A stretch of DNA of 64,000 nucleotides from NCBI GenBank assembly GCA_043228905.1, contig JBHGNT010000001.1:26660001-26724000 (forward strand), given 5' to 3'. Under the pieces are notes generated by a model that saw only the letters and a list, made by a program, of their open reading frames with translations, had not been told where the DNA came from and made no database searches. The position numbers and the translations under genes were made by a program. The DNA is from Azolla caroliniana (Eukaryota; Plantae; Polypodiophyta). Shown here in pieces: positions 52,701 to 64,000 of this stretch; position 1 is the stretch's first letter, and every line of letters starts with the position of its first letter.

Positions 52701-55700
52701 ATGTGAGCATATGAAACAACAGAAGAACCTTAGACAAGACAAATGAAGTGGACATCACGATGGTGCCCAAGAATGAAAATGAAATTAAATCTTTAGTACA
52801 AAGCATGCAGAAATCAAGGAGAGGCACTGGTCTACGAAACAACCAATGAGGACGAACTTAATTAATGTTGACAATCACCAATTGCCCCCTCCCGAGGAAG
52901 CAATTGTCCAATGTAGTGGTTTACTATAGTGATCTTTTTGGAGTTTGGTCACAAAAATCAATACAATAAGCATGTCCTAGCCGCAAAAAATAAGCCTTTT
53001 TAGATGTACAAAGTACACTCTCGCAAAATGCATTAAGGAAACCAGGAAAACAGTGACTTTAAAACCTACCTGATTCCACTAGACATTCTGATTCATACTC
53101 CTCGATCGCACTATTTGCATCTCCTGCCTACAGCAAAATCTATTTTAATTCCCTTCAGTGCTTAACGCATAAGAATGAAAGCGGAACTTTATAATTCCTA
53201 CCTTACAAAGACATCGAGCCAGATTGATCGTGATAGCACATCTCTTAACATTAACTGAATGGGGGCTCAACAATACTACATTGCTTTCCAATGCAGCCCG
53301 TGACGTTTGAAATGCGAGAATTGCAGATGAATATTCCCCTCTTAGTTCACAAAGAAGACCCTTCAAATTATGAACTTCGGGCCGTTGTGGTGCTTGTAGT
53401 ACTGCCTGATCTACTGCAGCATAGACCTGCATGAACATGAATAATGTATATACACAGACATGCTTTCTCATTATCATGTGACGTGGACAAATGTAGAGGT
53501 TGTAGAGTGAAGACTGCAATATGGTCCTATCTTCTTGGGCAATATGAAAATAATGGATATACCCAGACATGCCTTCTCATTGCCATGTGACATGTAGAAG
53601 TTGTAGAAATGTTAAAATTGGTAAGAGTCAAAAGTGCAACATTGTCCTATCCTCTTGCACAAACTACATGCTATCTACTTGAACAATCTAAATGCTTTTG
53701 CCATAACACCATATCTATGTCATGTTTTTAGCGTATGAACACATGTTTTTAAAGTAGCATGTCAATGTTTAGTTTTTTTATGTTAATTGAGCAAATCTAT
53801 AAAACTACATTTTTCCATTCATGCTAAAAGAATCTCTTGCAACATGTTCACAATCTTGGGTGATGAGCCTATGGTTGCTAACCCTGTCTAGACAGCTATT
53901 GAAGATACAACATTTTCCTTGTTTAATAAATAAATAAAAATATGTCAAAGCGCAATTGTATGCTAATTATTAGAAATACCTGTTCAGAATCAAGTTGGTG
54001 CGTGGTCATTGCAGTTTTCGCCAAACCTAACTGGAAGTCCACAATCTATAGGAAAAACAACATTCAAACACATTCAATAGCAAAGCCTAGTTCCTGATAT
54101 CATCACATACAAAATTCAACAAGTGCACTAAATTTCAGCCACATCGTGATAATAATATAATGGGTTATTACTTAAATTCAATCCAACGAATTTAATAATC
54201 ATTTCAATTACGAATACAGCCAAAGAATTCCTGAATCATGAGAGGGATCATTATTTTTCCTTTTCAGATACTTCAGAAACTTGGACCAGCCATTTGCATA
54301 TGTTGCAAACGCTATTGAATTGCACATTTGCAATTTTTTTGTGTCTCCTCATTCTAGTGAAACTCAACAATAAATCAACTTTTAAGATAGCTTGGAACAC
54401 ATAGAATGAATGCCTAAACCGTGTCAACTTACTGGCAGGAGTTGAGCAGCATACAAAATATTTGCATAAACTTCTTGCATTTTATCTCTGCATTAATTAG
54501 TAGAAAATTCTGAGCAAGAGTAAGATATCAGTTTTACCAATGATCATGACAACTATTACATACTGCCTTCTTGAATCACACATGTTGGCCATGGCAGCCC
54601 ATGTAAAAGCTAAAGATGGATCAACACTTCTTGAACGAGTAAATGCTTCCTTAGCGAGTTCTTGTTCTCCTGCTTTCAGGTACATCTATCCAAGAAAAAA
54701 CTATTAAAATCACATTGATTAATCACAAACAGGAATGAGATGCAAGAAGACAATACCTGCCCAAGCTCTGCCCATGCAAGTGCATGGTCTCCATTAACAT
54801 GAAGGGCTTGGATAAGAGCATGCTGACGTATTCCTTTATCTCTTGCAGTTACACCTAATGTTGTCCAAAGGTCCGCATTATCACCTTCTAAAGCCAGACC
54901 ACAAAGTGCAACAGCTTCTGTGCAAATTGACCTAAAAACATACAGAGTAATGTTGCAACACACTTTAGGCGATCAAGGACATTCTAGCTTAAAAACACAA
55001 CATAATACAGACAACCTACCGGCTTTTCTTGTCAAGGTTATCAATCATATCCAAGCATAAGCATAAATCTGAATATAAATTTCCCTTGTGCGGTTGTAAG
55101 TGCAATGCATGTTGATATGCCTGTCTAGCTTTCCTGGCAGCCATTATTCGATCCTTGTTCCACGCTTTCACTGAAGTGTCAAACGTTTCAAGAAACTGTG
55201 CACTTCCCTGACCAACTTCTGATCGAGAGCTTGACTCCATATTTGACATGTCAGCAAAATGTTGCCAAGGCAGATTTCTGGCATAAGATATCTGCAGTAT
55301 GCAGAAACAGGTTTTCAGCAAGAACATCCCATCTGCAACAATTAAAGAGATATACACTTAATGATGAAATGACAAATGTGAAATGTGCACCTGAATATCT
55401 CCAAGCAATTTCCAAAATGACCCAAGATTCCTACATTTCTTTACACTGCAAGAAGCCACCATAATAGCCTCCTAAAGACAGCAAAGAATCTCAGGTGGGT
55501 TATCATGCATTAGGAGCTAAGCTTGTAGACACTCTTAAAGAATTTTTTTCATCTGTCTTATTATCATTAGGATAATCAACTTTGTTACATATGACTGTCA
55601 GTTGTGACCCAAAATATGTCACATATCTGCAATAATTGAATGTGACCACAATTATAATTTAGAATTGTTCAAGATTATTAAATTCAACTCTCAAGTGTCA

Positions 55701-58700
55701 TTAACAATAAACATGTCCTTCCAATAAGTGTCTTTAAGATACAAATTAGACATTAAGAACAAACGTTTAGTGTAGCAATATACAAAGTTCATAAAGTATT
55801 GGAGTAAAAATACTAATGATGAAATCAGGTTCAGAGATAAAGAGTGGAATTAGATAAGTATGTTATACAATTTCAGAATAATTAGATTTAATCCTCAGAG
55901 TTCTTCAACTCTAAACTCCCGAAGCAATTTAAATCGTTGTACCAAGTATTAATAAGTATTTATATTACATCTCCAAAACTACAAGTTTGATTTATCCACC
56001 ATTGAAATGATCCATAGAAAGATTTTTCTTGGATGTTATTCTAAAGCACTGTATATTTTTTAATGAAACTATATCTACTACTATAGGAAAATCCTCTCTT
56101 ATAGTTTAGATGTGCGTTCCAGACCAGGAACTGCTTGCAATTGATGAGATACAAAAGCATCCAAGTACTGAGACATCTTGCAATTGACAAGATACAAATG
56201 AGATGAACCCAACAGGTAAAATGAAAACTAAAACCCTTTCTATCAAATTTATTTCATTGCGAAAAATGCTTGCAGGTTGCAGGTTTTCCCTCCTAGCTAG
56301 GAAAATGTACTCAATATAGATGAATGTTGATAATTTTAAATGCACCTTTAAAAGTAACGCACTCCACCGAATTGCACCCATTGACCTGCATTCAGAAGCT
56401 TGCCCAAGAAGAGCAGATGCTAGGCCATACATACTTGCAGGATGCTCTGGTGATTTCTCCAATGCAGTTCGAAACATTGACACTGCCTGTAAGCTAAAAA
56501 TACTCTTTGTTTCATTTCTCTCAGAGCAGCACATATTCCCTTTATAAATAAAAACACTCACCTTTCTATACAGACCAAGAGTCAGAAGAACATTGCCACT
56601 TTGCTGAAGAGCAAATATTGGATTGCGCTGCAAATTTATTGCTCGGTCATATGCCTGGAAAAAGCATATGTTAATTATGAATCTGTGGAACAATGGTGTA
56701 TTAAAACGGCAAGATTGGAAGAATTATACATACCTTCAAAGCAGCTGTAAGCATTCCAAGCTGTTGGTATGCTAAAGCTAATGCCTATAAATGAAAATTA
56801 ACACCAAGTCAATCACTAATATTAATGCAAACAAAAACCAAAAACTGTTGAAACTGTACATAGAACAGATCATACCTCCCAGACATCAGCACAGTTAGGA
56901 TAACCTCTAACAGCATGTTGCAGATTCTTTGCTGCATCCGACCACTGTTTTCTATCTATCTAGTAAAATACAGCATGCCGCCTGACTATTAGTTTAATAT
57001 AAATTACTAGTTCAAAGAGCATGCAAAACTCCGATTATTGTTTGAAAAAAGTGCATGGACAGAATTAAAAACTGTATTCTGAAGCATAAAACTGTATTTC
57101 TCATTCAAATTTCACTCCAGCATGACTGTTTAATATTTTCTGTAAAATGCTTATAGTAATACACAATAAATTATTGATTTAATATGTGTAATTCATTAAG
57201 GGGTATGCAAGTCTCAAGACATGAAATAGAAAACCATAACATGCACGTTGCCCTCGACTATAGATTAAAGATACATTAATAAGCATTACACAAGAAATAT
57301 AATGGTTAATGCATTCATACCATTCCATGCTAAGCACAACATCCTTCCATGTGTATGCACACAATACACACACATGCATGTGTTTTATTATATTAAAGAT
57401 ACATTAATAAGCATTACACAAGAAATATAATGGTTAATGCATTCATACCATTCCATGCTAAGCACAACATCCTTCCATGTGTATGCACACAATACACACA
57501 CATGCATGTGTTTTATTATATTAAAGATACATTAATAAGCATTACACAAGAAATATAATGGTTAATGCATTCATACCATTCCATGCTAAGCACAACATCC
57601 TTCCATGTGTATGCACACAATACACACACATGCATGTGTTTTATTATATTACTGATCAGAAACCTCATGCAAGTTGAAAACTACATTACATGAGGATTTA
57701 TGTTATCTTATATTACAAGGATCAACCCATATGTCAGCCTGTGCCTTCAGAATCGAAATACACATGTGCACATCCCAAGCCAAGATAACTCCCAATGTAC
57801 CATTACATATTACCCTCTAGAGTTATCTAAGACACTAAAACCTTCATTTTTCTTCAATGTCTACAGAGACGCATATGCCCTCTGCTTGAATTCTGACAGT
57901 CTATGGTGAAAGAAAGAATGAAAGAAAGATATATTAACGTCTTTTAAGAGGCCAAAATGGCCTATAAAACCAAATAAGAGATTACATCTTGAGTGTTTTC
58001 TCGTCTTTGAGAACAAATCAAAATAAAACAAATATTACACAGTAAATAAGATGAGAAGAGAAGAAACGAGGGAATGTGGTTTTTGGCACATGTGAGATTC
58101 TCATGTTAGGTATATTGTAGCTTTTGTCTTCGAAAGATCTCTAGCATAGGTCGATCCAGAATGGAAATGTCTCCGAAGTGAGGGACGCACCTACAATGGT
58201 GGGAGATAATGGCTTTTATCTGTCGATGACAAGGGTGTTGGGGTCGTGGTTCATGGGGCCGGGGCCTACGTGCACGGCAAATTGCTATTGCCCAATCAAT
58301 TGTGGGACGAGGGACGCACCTACAATGGTGGGAGATAATGGCTTTTATCTGTCGATAACAAGGGTGTCGGGGTCGTGGTTCATGGGGCCGGGGCCTACGT
58401 GCACGGCAAATTGCTATTGCCCAATCAATTGTGGGATGAGGGACGCACCTACAATGGTGGGAGATAATGGCTTTTATCTGTCGATGACAAGGGTGTCGAG
58501 GTCGTGGTTCATGGGGCCGGGGTCTACGTGCACGGCAAATTGCTATTGCCCAATCAATTGTAACCCCTTTGTTATGTCCTGCTCTGGGGCCCATTTGTGT
58601 ATCCTGTGATGGACTTATAGTATTAGTAGGAGTGATGGGGCTAAAGAAAGTTGTGATTGTTCTTTGTGGATGAGCTTGTGTGGTTGTATTCTTCAACAAC

Positions 58701-61700
58701 TTTTCCTGATGTCTCTTGAGCTCTAGCAAGAAAAGTCCTAGGCATCGTTGGTCCTCATATTCCATTACCTTGTGTAGTGGGCCAAACCCTTGTTTAAAGA
58801 GGCAATGGTATCTCCCTCTGATTTCATAAAAGACACTACAATGACAAACATAGTGTTCCTCAGATTCCACTCCTCGATCACACAATTGGCAAATTCTCTC
58901 TCCTAGAGGTAGTCGTGTATATCTGCCTACCTCAATTGGTAGCTGATGTGATGAAGTTTGCAGCTGTCCTATCACACTACGCAACGCAGTATTCAACTCA
59001 GTAATAGCCAATCATATTGTCCTACGATTGCTCTTAGTGCTCTTGGTGCTCTTGAAAGACAATGTGCACATTTGCAGTTCCAAGAACCACGGACTAAATT
59101 ATGGCTATTTGATACCCTTGTCACGCCAACTCTTCTTCATGGAGTAGAAACCTGCGGACCAAGTCTTAAGAAGGGCAATATCTTGAAAGATTTAGAGAGT
59201 CCTTTATTCTCGATGATTTCCCGCATCTTAAGGAACAAAACATCAATGCCCCACAACATAATCCAACAAAGATGAGTGACCAATATCCAACACAATCCAG
59301 CAGCCACAATAATCATCACAGCATTATTCCGATTAGTGACCAATATCCAACCACTTTGGGAGCTCCCTAAACAAAGGTACTACTTATGTCATCAAAACAT
59401 CTAGCTATATATGGAGATATTCAGTTTTGGTATGCTGAAACACAACAATTGCTCGAGTCACAAGGCATAAGCATATATGCACTACCCAAGTTCCAATATG
59501 GCTTGGATTGTCTCCATCTAAACATGACCAAAGTGGAAAAGAGTAGAGTGACCTGAACTGATATCATCAACTTGGAAACCAAAAAAACTGGATCAGCCCC
59601 ACATCTCTTAGTAGGAAGATAGTTAGACTAGTTAGAATAGTATGAACCTAGTTAAGTAATTGTTGGGTGTGAACATAGTTAGACTACTTTGAACCTAATT
59701 AAGTGACCGTTGGGTTTCCAGCTACCTGTAGATATTGGTTATATAGACCATTCTACAGCTTTGTAATCATACGCTCGTTTTTCCTAATCTACTGATTTTG
59801 CCTTAAGTCTTCTAAGTGATCTTGTTGTGTGAGAGTTAATCTAAGTTCCCTGCATTTTCTACAAATGGTATCAGAGCAGGTTTAGGTTACTTTCTCTATC
59901 CTTTAGCTTGCTTCCTTGATTTCATCTCTATTCTTGCTTCCCATGAAACTTTTGAAAGCCCCTACGACAAATCCATAGCCAATGACGAGTCATCGTTGGA
60001 ATCCCATGTGTGAAAGTGTGACTTAATAATCTATGTGCGGATAGGACTTGCACAAATCAGATCGAATAGCATAGAGACCAAGAATAACTGAGCAAGATGA
60101 CCCAACAGGAATGATATAACAGATATATGCTCCTAGCTAAGCAAACGCAAATAGAAAACAGCCTTTATGTACAACATACAATCTCTAAACAGTTGATCTG
60201 GCAAAGGAAGACTGAAACCTTAGTGATAACAATGAAACTCTTGTTGTGTGATATCTGTGTCACCTAAATCAACATTCAGATTTCCAGTAGGAGCTTCCTC
60301 ACCCACAATGTTTCATGTCTGATCACGGTAGCAGCCTTGTCCACCGTAAACAAAGAGAAACTCAATTGCTCCTTGCTGTTCAAGAAAATATTTCAGATTA
60401 CTAGCCCAATCAAAATCGCAACATCCGAACTTGGTCCCTTGCCCAAACTTGATGAGGAATTTGATGGTAACCTTTACACCAAAATTTTGCATCAAGTTTG
60501 GCCAAGAGGCTAAAACTCTAACTATTGAGGAGTTCAGCAAGGACATACTCTAGAGCAGACTACCTGTTCTCAGATTTCGATGTTCCTAATCCATCATGCA
60601 AGCCATGAACTTCTCAAGGGCTTCATCCAGTCTGAGGCAAGTTGTTCCTGGGCACTTCTCTTTGCATATTTTGCAAGATCAGGAAAATCAGATGCCGAAA
60701 ACATTGATTCCATAATGTATGCACTTGTCTACACATTCTGTAGTTGGCCCTAACCAATTGCCTGTCATCTCCACAGACAACTACTTGCCCCATGTTGTTG
60801 TGGATTTCTGCAACTGACTTGCAAGACTATATCGATTCAACACCCAACAACTTGCCATGGATAGTAGATTATTTGGGATCTAAGGAACTAGAACTGCATC
60901 TGTTAAACACTTGACTCCACCTGCTTGGAGTCTTCACATGCACTAATCTGTTTCCCTCAGCTGGAAACTTCTGCTTGTTACCCATTGTTATGAACGCATG
61001 GTCATTGACCTCTACGTTCTGGAATCAGCTTCTTAGACTAATTATGTGTACACTCATCCCATTATCTAGGAGACAGAAGTCTCAAGATGATAATGGACTT
61101 GCGTAATCCTCCATGAGGCTGCTACCCTGATGCTGTCTGCTTCCGCCACTCATTTTTGTTCATCCACATGCGCAGAAGCTTTGGACCCTTGGATCTTGAC
61201 TTTGCAGTCTCTGAGCATAAATGCTTGCCAACTACCACAGTTATTATGTCTGAAGTGCTTCTAGTGCTTTCTGCCCTTCTCTTTATCTGGCTTGGCAGAG
61301 AACGCCGAATCCATTAACCAGTTTTAAATCCCCATCTGCAGCTCTTCCTATTGAGGTAATGCCTAGAGTTCCACAAATGAAGCAGATGATTTGCACTTGA
61401 ATGGTAATGCTGTTAGACCCTATATGAAGTTACTTTTTGAGTAATAAGTGAATTGTGTAAGTGAATGGGCTACGATATTTTTGAAGAGATGGTAGTAGAC
61501 ACTCGTGTGAGATGAAATCCATGGATTTCCTGGCCTCTCCATGGTTCTGAGTAATGTAATATGTTATTGACCAAAAAGTGCATATGCTATGCATGTGTGT
61601 GACCAGGTATGTTTTTGTGTTGATAGCTTGATCCACAACAACATTGTTGAAATCACATAGGAAACATGAACAGATACCTAGGACATACACTCTGAATGTC

Positions 61701-63924
61701 CATTAAATTTGAAATAGAACAGATAACATCGTATAACTACAACAAGGATATGAAACTTACAATGATGAACAGAATAATGTCTTCAAATGAGGGGTTGAAT
61801 AAGAAAAAAAAACTACACCTGAAGATAGCCTAAACGTCTGAATGCCCAAAATGAACGAGGAGATTTCTGAGATGCTTCCCGGCAAGTTGTGAGTTCCAAT
61901 AACACTTGGCCTCCACCATCTAACAAGGCACATAATGCTTCCTGAAGCAACCAAAAAGATATGGCCTCATCAAAATGTCCATTCATAATCAAAATAATAA
62001 AGAAAACAAAAATTGCAAAAGTATAATTCAAACTGATCCCATCAATTAGTGATCAACAATTTACTATAATTAATACTTACACCAGCTTCTTCATCTTCAC
62101 AGTTTAATAGAACTGCCTTTTGGTAACATCGTACAGCTCTCTTTGCACCATTAGGTAGATTTTTATAATAGTCTCCCAGAACACGGAATATCTCAGGTTG
62201 GCTAGAGTCTAACCTTGCTGACTCCAGCAGGTGATTCAATGACTTGTCACCATAACCTCCTGAAATATTAGAAGAAAGGTAAGAGAGGCCCTGCATGAAA
62301 CAAAGGTAGGAGATTGATTAATATTCATAAAAAATATGATGAAAGAAAATATCAGCCACAAATTTGGGACAGAAAATGTCTAAATGTGCCAAAAAACTGA
62401 TAGTTATTTCTCGTGAAATGCAAATGGCATCTGAGCAAGTCCAACTGTACTATTCTGGTGGCTTGCCTTCCAACTCATAATTTTTTGGAGGCCCCACAGT
62501 GTGTCTCCAAATGCTTTAGGTCAATATCATATTTCATTTAAAACTCGGTTTTTAGTTTTCTACAGTTAAAAATCTCACCACTGTCAATCGGGGCACAGTA
62601 GGTTTGCCTCCTGGCCTTACATTACCCAAATATTAGCCACAGCCGCTCATTGCATGCCCCTACATAGATTATCTTCCCTCCTATCTTTAGCAAGCTCTAG
62701 GAAATGAATGGATAGCCTAGTAAATATCTGAATAGCTTGCCACAAGTCATTGGTGGTCTTGTTGGGAGAGGAGTGATCTGGAAATAGAACAAAGTCTTTT
62801 GCTAAGACTGGGGGATGGATGATGTGAAAAAAATGCAGGCAACATAATATTATTAGCCATAAAAGGTACTCAAAGACCTCTTTAATGTACTCAATTGATA
62901 AGAGCATGATGGTCTTATTATTAATTATCAAATACCCAGTCAATGACCTATATATCCTCAAGAACATTCTATATGAACTCGCAGACATGTTAAAGATAAT
63001 AGCACATGATATGGTATAAAGAGGATTAACCAACCATCACTGCTCGATGAACAGCAAAGGACAAATTATCTTAAAGGATGCTTACAGAGAAATAATCCAT
63101 ACTCTTTTCAAGGATAAAACTTACCAATCGATAATGATAGCATGCACTTTCTGGATCAAGATTTAGTGCCCGTTCAAGCAAGTTGATAGCTTGTTCAAAA
63201 TCTCTCTTTTGATATGCTATCCAACCTTGTTCTGCTAAGGCCCATGAATTTTTGTTATCAATGTTGAGCAATGAGACTAGGGTTGCTGAAGCTTCCTCCA
63301 TATATCTTCTGGAAAGAAGTGCCTTTACTTGGCCCTGAAATTTTGCACGAGCAGATAAGCTAAGTTGCCTCCTTGGGTTAATATTTTCCACTCCGCAGTA
63401 ATAGCATATATTTATGCATCAGCTATTCTAAAATGATTGCCTATCACAAAATGGTATGTTAAAATAAAATGCTTCAGAAAATAATGCAAATAGTGATATG
63501 AATAATTGCTCGTCAGCAGATAATAGCAAAAATACCTCCATAGCTGATACTAATATCCTAGAGGCTTCCATATCTTTGCTTCCTTGCAGAGCCTGTAGAT
63601 CTTACATTAAAAAGATATGAAATGCTAAGCCTGCAAAAAGATAACAAACATGAACATTTGATACTCAAAAGGTTCACCTCTTCAATGTTCTGAAAAATGT
63701 TTGAGGCGTCTTCATAATTTCCTGATTTGAGAAGTGAATCTCCCAAAATCAACCTCAAACGGAGCTCAGCACGCACCAAAGTGAGCCCATATGATGATCT
63801 GAATGTATTAATAACTTGAAGTCCTCTTTTTATGCATTCACTTGCACTTGAATGGTCACCCTCTAACAATCGCAGTTCAGCCAAGACTTGCCAACTGTAT
63901 AATAAATGGGAAGTAGCTTTACTG
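49709..63924 (-). CDS. SKI3: SKI3/TTC37 tetratricopeptide-repeat subunit of the SKI complex (5' part outside the window)
   Basis: More than 20 GT-AG exons, for example ~63924-63678, 63592-63536, 63334-63125, 62290-62081, 61941-61819 and 56959-56876, with the last exon ending at 49709. Diagnostic plant SKI3 segments: RAVRCYQKAVLLN, CREASQKSPRSFWAFRRLGYLQ, LQHAVRGYP, YGLASALL, WKLLGDIQ, QHALIQAL, AFTRSRSVDPSLA, WLHLEPWN, PAELYFQM, AVHINPSCARYW. Confidence 0.93.
53454..53660. repeat. Diverged tandem duplication in a SKI3 intron, about 110-bp period
   Basis: CAGACATGC.TTCTCATT..CATGTGAC...ATGTAGA.GTTGTAGA...TGCAA.AT.GTCCTATC.TCTTG occurs twice. Confidence 0.75.
57264..57651. repeat. Tandem repeat, 3 x 128 bp, apparently identical
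   Basis: ATTAAAGATACATTAATAAGC...GTGTTTTATTAT starts at 57264, 57392 and 57520. Confidence 0.95.
57908..59036 (-). mobile_element. LINE 3' fragment (non-L1 type, RTE/L2-like C-terminus) in a SKI3 intron
   Basis: ORF 59011-58106 contains IGQLQTSSHQLPIEVGRYTRLPLGERICQLCDRGVESEEHYVCHC, a C-terminal zinc-finger region. A 3' UTR follows, ending in a (CTTT)n-like tail at ~57908-57929. Confidence 0.85.
58180..58561. repeat. Tandem repeat, 3 x 129 bp, inside the LINE ORF
   Basis: GAGGGACGCACCTACAATGG starts at 58180, 58309 and 58438, with a few substitutions. It encodes a 43-aa repeat. Confidence 0.95.
59037..59605 (+). mobile_element. Inverted upstream fragment of the same LINE type (post-RT region)
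   Basis: Reads ALGALERQCAHLQFQEPRTKLWLFDTLVTPTLLHGVETCGPSL...MISRILRNKTSMPHNII, with WYAE further on. This matches the K..LF..LV.P.LLYG.E.W motif downstream of LINE RT. Confidence 0.8.
59610..59877 (+). mobile_element. LTR-like segment followed by a tRNA-Met primer binding site
   Basis: About 250-bp segment (A)GTAGGAA...TTTTCTACA, then AA, then TGGTATCAGAGC (59866-59877), the standard plant LTR-retrotransposon PBS. Confidence 0.7.
60250..61700 (-). mobile_element. Decayed Ty1/copia gag-pol internal fragment
   Basis: Broken minus-strand readings in copia order: gag (LLPSLQKY, EELQM), zinc-knuckle remnant (NCGS...RDCK, ~61205-61250), protease-like LLDNGMSVHI (~61050-61080) and GAG-pre-integrase-like QCFRHL/FGHL (~60690-60715). 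Confidence 0.65.
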
Positions 63925-64000
63925 CTGTAATGCAAGAAAAACTAAAAGCCTGATTAAATATTTGAAGATTTTGGCATACCCTATTATGCTATTCTCATTT

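Noticed and set aside
54555-54570. Possible GC-AG or U12-type intron in SKI3
   Set aside because: A canonical GTATGT donor in the same phase lies 3 nt away, and I saw no AT-AC or U12 signature in any gene model.
57264-58561. Repeat arrays as a CRISPR-like locus
   Set aside because: The units are contiguous tandem copies with no unique spacers, in a eukaryotic intron with no cas genes.

Overview
Eukaryotic, AT-rich land-plant nuclear DNA with GT-AG introns, many microsatellites and decayed transposons. The PPR style and the long SKI3 N-terminus suggest a non-angiosperm such as a fern (inference). Eight protein-coding genes can be spliced by hand: an AWPM-19-like membrane protein (-), a plastid-type CBS-domain protein (+), an intronless PLS/E-class PPR protein (+), TRAPPC1/Bet5 (-), an intronless calmodulin-like protein (-), an SCP1-like/CTDSPL2 phosphatase (-), a small uncharacterised protein (+) and SKI3/TTC37 (-, 5' end outside the window). 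There is also a decayed U6 snRNA copy. Mobile DNA includes a Mutator-like MITE, an L1-type LINE with a 17-bp TSD and a nested solo LTR, a TA-flanked MITE, two inverted hAT-like MITE copies around the phosphatase gene, and a TE nest in a SKI3 intron. I found no clearly new multi-gene system. The best leads are possible MITE exonisation replacing the AWPM-19 stop codon, the MITE-bracketed gene, the extra N-terminal TPR arm of SKI3, a LINE inversion resembling twin priming, and an orphan hairpin. All family assignments are from remembered motifs; no database search was run.
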